Position numbers and translations under genes: made by a program. This document shows, one piece after another, positions 17,690-24,000 of a DNA stretch of 24,000 bases (position 1 is its first letter; each line of letters begins with the position of its first letter). Source of the stretch: Pedobacter kyonggii (GTDB lineage Bacteria > Bacteroidota > Bacteroidia > Sphingobacteriales > Sphingobacteriaceae). The notes under the pieces are model-generated. The model was not told where the DNA came from. It saw only the letters and a list, made by a program, of their open reading frames with translations, and ran no database searches. The stretch is from the NCBI RefSeq assembly GCF_004310665.1, contig NZ_SIXF01000004.1:153742-177741 (forward strand). The letters run 5' to 3'.

Positions 17690-17718
17690 TTTGTCGCAGC
17701 CGGGGGCAAAACCTTACA
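17690..17718 (-). promoter_or_regulatory. Candidate ECF-type promoter, copy 3 (drives the YHS-DoxX-DinB-NRDE/ATP-grasp operon)
   Basis: The - strand reads TGTAAGGTTTTGCCCCCGGCTGCGACAAA, with the same motif and spacing. It ends 22 nt before the ATG at 17667. Confidence 0.65.
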
Positions 17719-17729
17719 ATATTTTTTTT

Positions 17730-17758
17730 TGTAAGGAAATCAGCAGGTTGCCGACAAA
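17730..17758 (+). promoter_or_regulatory. Candidate ECF-type promoter, copy 4 (drives the DM13/beta-barrel operon), back-to-back with copy 3
   Basis: TGTAAGGAAATCAGCAGGTTGCCGACAAA. It ends 25 nt before the ATG at 17784. The two -35 boxes form the inverted repeat CCTTACAAtattttttTTGTAAGG. Confidence 0.65.
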
Positions 17759-17783
17759 CCAGCAAACCACAATCAATTAGCTC

Positions 17784-18209
17784 ATGAAAAAAATCATTTA
17801 TTTCAGCACCATCATCGCACTTATGGCCAGCTGCAAAAAAGAAAGCACTCCGACCGCAGTGCTCAATGAAAAGGTGGACATGATGATGTCCAAGCCTGAA
17901 ACCGACAGTAGCGGATTTATTAACGGCCCATATGGTTCAGTAAGGGGCACAGCCCGTATATATATAACCAACGGCAAATATCAACTGGCACTGGAAAATT
18001 TTAGCAGCAGCAATGGACCCGACCTTAAAGTGTATATCAGTAAGGAGCAGCGGCCGGTCAATTTTGTGAATTTGGGTTCGCTAAAATCTACAAAAGGGAA
18101 TCAACTATATGATATCCCGGGTAATGTCAAAGTTCAGGATTATGCTTATGCACTGATCTATTGCCAGCAATACAGTCACTTATTCGGTTACACTCAATTT
18201 ACCTATTAA
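17784..18209 (+). CDS. DM13-domain lipoprotein
   Basis: Lipobox ..IIALMASC. GTARIYITNGKYQLALENFSSSNGPDLKVYIS....LGSLKSTKGNQLYDIP...DYAYALIYCQQYSHLFG matches the DM13 pattern (fixed GPDL..Y, Lk...G.q.Y.iP, and late Cys). Confidence 0.72.
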   Translation: MKKIIYFSTIIALMASCKKESTPTAVLNEKVDMMMSKPETDSSGFINGPYGSVRGTARIYITNGKYQLALENFSSSNGPDLKVYISKEQRPVNFVNLGSLKSTKGNQLYDIPGNVKVQDYAYALIYCQQYSHLFGYTQFTY

Positions 18210-18210
18210 T

Positions 18211-19125
18211 ATGAAAAATATATATTTCTCTTGTATAGCCCTGCTTTGCACAACTTATACTTTTGGTCAGGGCTGCAGCGACGCAGGTTTCTGTAGCCTT
18301 GGCGTGCTCAAAAACAATGTGGCTGATTCAGCCAGGCACACCTTAAGTTTCGGCCTGAATTACGGCGTCGGCTACGAGCAGACCAACATTACTAATGCTT
18401 ATATAGAGTATGGAAGTAAACTGAGTGAACGTTTGTCCTTCCGAACTAAACTGACTGCCAATTATGCGACGGGGTTTTTAGGCAGCGCCTTTGACATAGG
18501 CGATATTTATGGTACGCTTAATTACGCCCTGAGAACTAAATCAGCCAGTACGATTAATATAATTGGCGGCGTAAAGGTGCCACTTACTGCCGGCAACCAT
18601 AAAAACAAAGATGGCAAGCCCTTACCGCTGGATTACCAAGCCAGTATCGGTACCTATGATGCCATAGGTGGTATTAATTACATCGTCAACCAAAGCTGGG
18701 AGTTTGATGCCGGAATACAGGTACCGGTTATACAGGTGAATAAAAACACCTTCTTTCCCGACGAACACAACGATTTCCGCGCAAACGAATTCGCACCTAC
18801 AAATAACTTTAAACGAAAAAGTGATGTCCTGGGCCGCATTGGTTACTATATTCAACTGCCGGCATCAGCTATTGTCTTAAAGCCAAGCTTGCTAGGTATT
18901 TATCACTTAGGCAGAGATACCTACGAAGACCGTTTTGGACAGCGCAACATCATCGAAGGCTCAGACGGTTTTACGCTGAACGGCAGCATCGTGGGCACTA
19001 AAAGATTTAAAAACGGCAATAGCCTGGAACTGCTTTTTGCAACTCCTTTCATCGTGCGTAAAGTGAGACCTGACGGACTTACCCGCAAAGGTGTCATAAA
19101 CGTCCAGTACACGATCTCGCTGTAG
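18211..19125 (+). CDS. Putative outer-membrane beta-barrel protein (MetA/phenol-degradation-type transporter-like), unknown function
   Basis: It has a signal peptide followed by the GCSDAGFCS motif. Alternating hydrophobic strands run throughout, and PLPLDYQASIGTYD is similar to the conserved loop of that barrel family. It starts 1 nt after the DM13 stop. Family call is from memory only. Confidence 0.45.
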   Translation: MKNIYFSCIALLCTTYTFGQGCSDAGFCSLGVLKNNVADSARHTLSFGLNYGVGYEQTNITNAYIEYGSKLSERLSFRTKLTANYATGFLGSAFDIGDIYGTLNYALRTKSASTINIIGGVKVPLTAGNHKNKDGKPLPLDYQASIGTYDAIGGINYIVNQSWEFDAGIQVPVIQVNKNTFFPDEHNDFRANEFAPTNNFKRKSDVLGRIGYYIQLPASAIVLKPSLLGIYHLGRDTYEDRFGQRNIIEGSDGFTLNGSIVGTKRFKNGNSLELLFATPFIVRKVRPDGLTRKGVINVQYTISL

Positions 19126-19269
19126 AAACCTATCATTGATAATGACTGACCGGGATCCGGAGCGCGGCAGAGGGGATTTTTTAATGCAACCCGGACATCA
19201 AGGCCGCAGGACAATAGGTATTGCTGCAGTTTTTTTACGTTGGAAATGACCATCAAATGCACCAGCAGC

Positions 19270-19298
19270 TGTAAGGATATGGCGGCCGTTACGACTAA
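19270..19298 (+). promoter_or_regulatory. Candidate ECF-type promoter, copy 5 (drives msrB and the DUF417 gene)
   Basis: TGTAAGGATATGGCGGCCGTTACGACTAA. It shares GTTACGACTAA with the sigma-gene copy and ends only 6 nt before the msrB ATG at 19305. Confidence 0.7.
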
Positions 19299-19304
19299 CT
19301 AAAT

Positions 19305-19811
19305 ATGAGAAGGATAAATATATTCGTATTTCCGCTTTTATTCGCAACACTGACCGCTTGTAGTCAGGGCGACGTTAAAAGCACAAAAGTGCCACATGCG
19401 CCAACTGTCGGATCCTTTCCAGCTGCTAAGCCTGACTGTTACTGGAAGAAAATATTATCGCCTGAAGCTTATGATATCATGGTCGGGAAGGGAACCGAAA
19501 GGCCTTTTAAGAACCCTTATCACGATAACCATAGGAAAGGGATCTATGTTAGTGCTGCAACTGGAAAGCCTTTGTTCGCATCTTCGGCGAAGTTCGATTC
19601 GGGTACAGGTTGGCCCAGCTTTTTTGAACCGATCGATGAAAAAGCGATCATGATCGTTAAAGATACTTCATTTGGAACGGTGCGTGACGAGGTGATCGAG
19701 CGTAGCACCGGTTTGCATTTGGGACACGTTTTTGACGATGGTCCGGCGCCGACCGGAAAACGCTATTGTATGAATTTCTACGCTTTGAAATTCATTCCAT
19801 CCAGACAATAA
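19305..19811 (+). CDS. msrB: Peptide-methionine (R)-S-oxide reductase MsrB, lipoprotein/exported form
   Basis: Lipobox LLFATLTACSQG. SelR-domain motifs KFDSGTGWPSFFEP, GLHLGHVFDDGP.PTGKRYCMN (catalytic Cys). Both structural-zinc CxxC pairs are absent (YVSAATGKPLF in place of the first). Confidence 0.92.
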   Translation: MRRINIFVFPLLFATLTACSQGDVKSTKVPHAPTVGSFPAAKPDCYWKKILSPEAYDIMVGKGTERPFKNPYHDNHRKGIYVSAATGKPLFASSAKFDSGTGWPSFFEPIDEKAIMIVKDTSFGTVRDEVIERSTGLHLGHVFDDGPAPTGKRYCMNFYALKFIPSRQ

Positions 19812-19857
19812 CATCAGACAAAAAAACCGGATTTAAAGAATACTAAAACAAACTCAA

Positions 19858-20292
19858 ATGAACATCAAAAAAACAGGATACGCCATCGGCGTTATCGGAA
19901 CGATCATCGTTCTATTATGGATAGGCATATTGAAATTTACGCCAACTGAAGCTGCAGCTATCAAACCCTACGTCGAGCATAGCTTTTTAATGGGCTGGAT
20001 GTACCAGATCGGAAGTGTGCAACAGGTTTCCAATTTTGTGGGAATCTTTGAACTTATAACCGCTATACTTCTTATCGCCTCGTTTTTCAACAGGCGGATG
20101 GGATTGATCGGGGGCTACCTGGGGGTGCTTATTTTCCTGACCACGCTTACCTTTATTTTCACGACACCCGGCATCTGGAAAGAGATGGACGGTTTACCCG
20201 TAACTGATTTTTTTGTTGTTAAGGACATTGCGTTCCTGGCTATTGTTCTCCAAGTGATCGGAATGCATCGAAAAGATGCCGATGCTGCATAA
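19858..20292 (+). CDS. DUF417-family (YkgB/RclC-like, DoxX-related) membrane protein
   Basis: 144 aa with four helices. IGILKFTPTEAAAIKPYVEHSFLMGWMY and VGIFELITAILLI resemble the DUF417 signature. It lies 46 nt after msrB with no motif or hairpin in between. Confidence 0.7.
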   Translation: MNIKKTGYAIGVIGTIIVLLWIGILKFTPTEAAAIKPYVEHSFLMGWMYQIGSVQQVSNFVGIFELITAILLIASFFNRRMGLIGGYLGVLIFLTTLTFIFTTPGIWKEMDGLPVTDFFVVKDIAFLAIVLQVIGMHRKDADAA

Positions 20293-20312
20293 AGTCTTAT
20301 AGGCTAAAAATA

Positions 20313-20348
20313 ATGAGCGCCCCGAATCTCAAAATCCGGGGCGCTCAT
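20313..20348. terminator. Bidirectional hairpin terminator between convergent genes
   Basis: ATGAGCGCCCCG-aatctcaaaatc-CGGGGCGCTCAT, a 12-bp GC-rich perfect stem. It lies 21 nt after the DUF417 stop and 24 nt after the convergent relic ORF's stop. Confidence 0.7.
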
Positions 20349-20371
20349 ACATCCGATTGTTGGCAGGATAA

Positions 20372-20614
20372 TTATTTAGGGATCGTGGCCAGAAAATTTA
20401 GGGTATCTGCGCCGATTTCCTTCACATTTGTTTCCAGTGCAAAATGACCGGTGTCATAAAACTTCAAAATTGCCTTTGGAAGATACCTTTTGTACACTTC
20501 CGTCCCAGCGGACAGGAAGAAAGGAGCTTTAGTAATCCAAAAAAGCAACATTTCGGGCTGGCACGACATTTCAGACAGTTGCAGTTTGCCAGGATATTTG
20601 AGCCAAACTGACAA
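20372..20614 (-). pseudogene. C-terminal relic of an alpha/beta-fold hydrolase (paralogue-like of 10251-11216)
   Basis: ..PEMLLFWITKAPFFLSAGTEVYKRYLPKAILKFYDTGHFALETNVKEIGADTLNFL aligns by eye with ..[56 protein letters not shown] of the intact gene. Only about 80 codons remain, it has a TTG 'start', and the nucleophile and HG motifs are absent upstream. Confidence 0.6.
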
Positions 20615-20802
20615 ATGGATGTTATTTTGAATTGAACGTTCTTACCATGTGCCTTTCTGGGAAGTTATTTCCGCAAAATTCGATTCGAACCATTAACCAA
20701 TTAGCCGCAAGCAACCGATAGAAAATATGGCATGAGTCCATTTATTTTTTATTTTTTTTGCCCTCATGTATACCAGTTTAAACAGATATTATCAAAAACT
20801 AA

Positions 20803-20834
20803 CAAACTTCAGGCTTGAGATTGCCTGAAGTTTG
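20803..20834 (-). terminator. Hairpin terminator of the SDR gene
   Basis: CAAACTTCAGGC-ttgagatt-GCCTGAAGTTTG, a 12-bp perfect stem. It begins 11 nt after the stop at 20846 and is followed on the - strand by TTAGTTTTTGAT. Confidence 0.65.
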
Positions 20835-20845
20835 CTAAAAGTGTT

Positions 20846-21634
20846 CTACATAGACCGATGGCTTTTTGTTCTTGTCCTTAGTGCCTCAAAACTAGCGGCT
20901 GCAATCTGATCAACTTTTTCTGGCTCCAGGAAATTCACTTTTATCTGGTCGTCTTTTTCTTCGCCGCCCATAACGACATTCATTTGTTTCTGCATTAAGC
21001 CTGTGATGGTTGCGATAGCAACATCTTCAGCGGTGTCCATTTTATCGACTAAGGCTGTCTTCATCATATCGGTGTCAGTTGCTGAAGGATAAACAGTCAT
21101 AACATGAAGTGGATACTGGTAAAGCTCCCTTCTCATTGCATCAGAAAACTGTCTTACGGCCGCTTTTGTTGCTGCATATACACTATAAAAAGGCATAGCA
21201 ATGTAACCGTAGCCGGATGAAATATTTATTATGGCTCCTTGACTGCTTTTTTGCAAAAGAGGTAAGGTCTTTTTCGTTAATAATATCAAGCCCGTCAGGT
21301 TGATATTGATCTGCCCAATAATATCTTCATCGCTCAACTCAGTGACCAACCCTGCACTAACCACACCAGCGCTATTAATGAGGATGTCGAGTTCTCCCCA
21401 TGCCTGTGATATAGCGGCAACTACTCTGTCCAGATCTTCAGCTTCTGCAACATTAGCCTGCATAGCAACTATATTCACGTCGCTGAACTCGGCTTGTAGC
21501 GTCTCTAAAGGTTTCTTTTTTCTTCCAATAACTGCAATATCCCGCACTCCATGCAACACGAGCTGAGTGATAATTGCTTTACCTATCCCTGCACTTCCGC
21601 CAGTAATTAATACTTTTTTGTCTTTTAATTCCAT
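20846..21634 (-). CDS. Classical short-chain dehydrogenase/reductase (SDR)
   Basis: MELKDKKVLITGGSAGIGKAI (TGxxxGIG), NSAG, and the catalytic SSG...YSVYAATKAA (S-Y-x3-K). The ATG at 21634 is preferred over the GTG at 21688. Confidence 0.9.
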   Translation of the reverse strand: MELKDKKVLITGGSAGIGKAIITQLVLHGVRDIAVIGRKKKPLETLQAEFSDVNIVAMQANVAEAEDLDRVVAAISQAWGELDILINSAGVVSAGLVTELSDEDIIGQININLTGLILLTKKTLPLLQKSSQGAIINISSGYGYIAMPFYSVYAATKAAVRQFSDAMRRELYQYPLHVMTVYPSATDTDMMKTALVDKMDTAEDVAIATITGLMQKQMNVVMGGEEKDDQIKVNFLEPEKVDQIAAASFEALRTRTKSHRSM

Positions 21635-21974
21635 GTTTGTCCAAATTAATATGTTTAGCCTATCTATGACCGGCAGCCGCCGCTTCACCTGCTGTCCAAA
21701 AAGATGTGGCAGGTAGGGCTATATTTTTTACAAGGAATTGACCGGGTGAGCTTGATATAAAAGAAAAAGACAATCCTTGTTGTATAACTCCGGGAGTTGA
21801 CAACATAAACGTCAGGATTATTTAAAAAGTCACTCGGCCATTTCACATAATTAAGCGGTGCTTTAAGTCTATTGAATTTTCTGGTAGATCAATTCTGACC
21901 TGTATTGATCCAATTTCAAAGCGGATACTTGTAGGGACATCAAAAAACGTAGAATTTTGTCCCTGCAAATTAAG

Positions 21975-22427
21975 CTACATTTTTTTTAAAGCCTTTTTAC
22001 CGAAAGCAATCAGTTGTTTGGCATCCAGGTAACCTATTGAACGATGCAGTACTTTTCCATCATAGTCAAGAATCAAAAGTGTAGGATATTCTTGTACTTC
22101 CCATTTTGCAGCTAAATTAGATCCTTCCCCTTTTTCCATATCAACAGCAAGATTAACAAAGTTTTGATTGAAATAATCAGCCGTCTCTCTGTCTTTAAAT
22201 GTTGTTTTTTTTAACTGCTTGCATGGACCGCACCAGGTTGTATAAGCATCGACAAAAATGTATTTATGTTCGGCTTTTGCTTTTTTTAATGCGGTTGAAT
22301 AGGCATTTTCGATAAATTTTATCGGTAATCTTTCTGTTGTTGAATCGTATGTTTTATCAACTGGCGAGAATGAACTCAGGGATAAAAGGATTGTAAATAA
22401 AAGTAATGGATATTTTAAATTTTTCAT
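21975..22427 (-). CDS. Secreted thioredoxin-family protein
   Basis: Signal peptide MKNLKYPLLLFTILLSLSSFS. The active site is WCGPC (TTWCGPCKQL). It lies 19 nt downstream of the DsbD-like gene. Confidence 0.9.
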   Translation of the reverse strand: MKNLKYPLLLFTILLSLSSFSPVDKTYDSTTERLPIKFIENAYSTALKKAKAEHKYIFVDAYTTWCGPCKQLKKTTFKDRETADYFNQNFVNLAVDMEKGEGSNLAAKWEVQEYPTLLILDYDGKVLHRSIGYLDAKQLIAFGKKALKKM

Positions 22428-22446
22428 TTGATTGGATTTTTAATTA

Positions 22447-24000
22447 TTACATGTTTTTAAATGCGGCCACTCCCTTGTCTAAAAATGTTACATATTTTGA
22501 AATATCAAGGTCGAAGGCCTGCGGGGCGGTCAACTGTTTCCCCGAACCGTTAATGATAACATAGTATGGTTGTGAATTAGTACCAAAGGTAGCAGCCTGG
22601 TAATCACCCCATTTCTGTCCTATCGTCTTTATTTTCTTTCCGTTGAATTTGGAAAGATATTTTTCATTTTCTGCAAGTTCGCTTTTGTCATCTACATAGA
22701 GAGATACAAGGATATAATCCTGCTTTAAGCGTTCGAGGACCTTTGGATCAGACCATACACTAGCTTCCATTTTACGGCAGTTGGTACAGCTCCACCCGGT
22801 GAAATCTAACAGGATTGGTTTATTTAGTTTTTTTGATTGCATAATCGCTTCCTCGTAATCATAAAAAGCATCCAAGCCGTATGGGGTATGGAAAAGAGAT
22901 GCATATTTCTTTTTGGTTGTTATTTCTGACTTCTCTGGGATTGTAGACCTTGTTAAATCAAATTCTTGTGAAGTGATAGGCGGCAACCATGCGCTGATCG
23001 ACTTCAGCGAGGCTCCGAAAACTCCTGGTATCATGTAAAACGTAAAACCAAAAACCAGCATGCTAACAAATAGGCGTGGCAGTGTAAGGGTTTTTGTTTC
23101 CGAATCATGAGAAAGCCTGATTTTTCCTGCAAGGTAAAAGCCTAGGAAGGCAAATATGGTTATCCATATAATTAGAAAAACATCCCTATTCAAAATCCCC
23201 CAGTGATAAGCCAGATCAACATTTGACAGATACTTAAAAGCCAGCGCGAATTCAAGAAAACCCAGAGACACTTTAACAGAATTCAACCACCCACCGGATT
23301 TAGGAAGCTCTTTTAACCATGAGGGGAAAATAGCAAACAAAGTAAAGGGAATTGCTAATGCTAAAGAGAATCCAAGCATACCCATTGCTGGCCCGTAATA
23401 CGTTCCTTTAGATACGGCATCGACTAGCAAAGTACCGATAATTGGCCCTGTACAGGAGAAAGACACCAGTGCGAGGGTAAAGGCCATAAAAAACAACCCC
23501 ACCATACCGCCTTTGTTGGACTTTTCATCCATCTTGTTAACCAGTACAGAAGGAAGGGTAATTTCGAAGGCCCCTAAAAAGGAAAGCGCAAAAATGATTA
23601 GAACAGCAAAAAAAATAAGATTGAACGTAGCGCTGCTCGCCGCTTCGTTTAACGCGGACGACCCGAAAAAAAATGTGATCAGCAATCCTAAACCCACATA
23701 AATGGTAATGATGAAAGTACCGTATAGAAAAGCCTTTTGTATTCCTTTGCGCCTTGATACTTCCTGTTTGGTAAAAAAGGAAATTGTTAGCGGTATCATC
23801 GGATAAATACAAGGCATAAAGAAAGCGGCCAGACCGCCGAAAAAACCTGCAATCAGGATTCCAAAGTATGAAGAAGTGCTTTCGCCAGGCATGCCATCTG
23901 TTGTGGGTTGCTCTACCTTTGACTGAACCGCGGCATTTTTACTGCCGCTTTGTTTATGCTTTCCTGTATTTGCCGCCTGTGGAGCTACAGATCCTGAACC
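22447..24000 (-). CDS. DsbD/CcdA-type thiol:disulfide interchange membrane protein with C-terminal thioredoxin-like domain, 5'-truncated by the window end
   Basis: Membrane-embedded Cys motifs FFMPCIYPMIPL and LVSFSCTGPIIG. The C-terminal domain has FTGWSCTNCRKME (CxxC). The reading frame stays open from 23893 to 24000 (GSGSVAPQAANTGK...), so the true start lies beyond the window. Confidence 0.85.
   Translation of the reverse strand, partial: GSGSVAPQAANTGKHKQSGSKNAAVQSKVEQPTTDGMPGESTSSYFGILIAGFFGGLAAFFMPCIYPMIPLTISFFTKQEVSRRKGIQKAFLYGTFIITIYVGLGLLITFFFGSSALNEAASSATFNLIFFAVLIIFALSFLGAFEITLPSVLVNKMDEKSNKGGMVGLFFMAFTLALVSFSCTGPIIGTLLVDAVSKGTYYGPAMGMLGFSLALAIPFTLFAIFPSWLKELPKSGGWLNSVKVSLGFLEFALAFKYLSNVDLAYHWGILNRDVFLIIWITIFAFLGFYLAGKIRLSHDSETKTLTLPRLFVSMLVFGFTFYMIPGVFGASLKSISAWLPPITSQEFDLTRSTIPEKSEITTKKKYASLFHTPYGLDAFYDYEEAIMQSKKLNKPILLDFTGWSCTNCRKMEASVWSDPKVLERLKQDYILVSLYVDDKSELAENEKYLSKFNGKKIKTIGQKWGDYQAATFGTNSQPYYVIINGSGKQLTAPQAFDLDISKYVTFLDKGVAAFKNM

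Noticed and set aside
20681-20691. GGTTCGAATCG on the - strand, resembling a tRNA T-loop (a possible tRNA or att-site remnant)
   Set aside because: The flanking bases cannot form a T-stem, acceptor stem or anticodon arm. There is no cloverleaf and no adjacent integrase.
14088-21566. Shadow ORFs inside the stress-island genes (14088-14312, 15306-15497, 15753-16028, 15824-16075, 16930-17181, 17218-17421, 18622-18855, 18921-19262, 19396-19653, 21300-21566, and beyond this range 23513-23701 and 23537-23812)
   Set aside because: They overlap better-supported genes in other frames or on the other strand and have no domain signatures.
21729-21757. TACAAGGAATTGACCGGG..., similar to the -35 half of the ECF motif
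   Set aside because: It has ACAAGG instead of GTAAGG and no CGAC at the fixed distance. No + strand gene lies downstream.
21933-21964. A 7-bp stem (AGGGACA...TGTCCCT) after the thioredoxin stop as a terminator
   Set aside because: It has a short stem, an 18-nt loop and no downstream T-tract. It was not annotated.
1-24000. CRISPR arrays, rRNA/tRNA genes, and IS elements or integrases
   Set aside because: Reading both strands, I found no regularly spaced direct repeats, no cloverleaf-capable segments, and no transposase/integrase-like ORFs or terminal inverted repeats.

Overview
AT-rich window with Bacteroidota-type gene content; a Sphingobacteriaceae-like origin is an inference from gene content only. 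It has three parts. (1) 1-9316 is the tail of a polysaccharide-utilisation locus, all on the + strand and tightly packed. It holds a 5'-truncated DUF3823-like surface protein, five divergent Cys-type (C-x-P-x-R) S1 sulfatases and one clan GH-A glycoside hydrolase, and every complete gene has a signal peptide. (2) 9.3-10.1 kb is decayed DNA carrying a frameshifted TPP-enzyme (pyruvate-oxidase-like) relic. (3) 10.1-24 kb looks like a thiol/oxidative-stress island built around an ECF sigma factor (11443-12042) and a small soluble RsrA-like zinc anti-sigma factor (12053-12340). The strongest signal is a 29-nt bipartite motif, TGTAAGG-N15-CGAC(T/A)AA, with identical spacing in all five copies. Each copy is intergenic and correctly oriented upstream of a transcription unit. 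These units are a secreted Asp-nucleophile alpha/beta hydrolase, the sigma/anti-sigma pair itself, a YHS-DoxX-DinB-(NRDE/TANGO2-TM-ATP-grasp fusion) operon, a divergent DM13-lipoprotein plus beta-barrel operon, and an exported Zn-less msrB plus a DUF417/RclC-like gene. This is a candidate autoregulated ECF regulon. Its most novel member is the NRDE-ATP-grasp fusion, which is translationally coupled to a DinB-like protein. Also present are a TetR-controlled three-gene operon with a perfect 12-bp-arm palindromic operator, an SDR gene, a secreted thioredoxin plus DsbD-like reductant-import pair (truncated at the window end), two further gene relics, and two clear hairpin terminators. I found no tRNA/rRNA, CRISPR or recognisable transposase.
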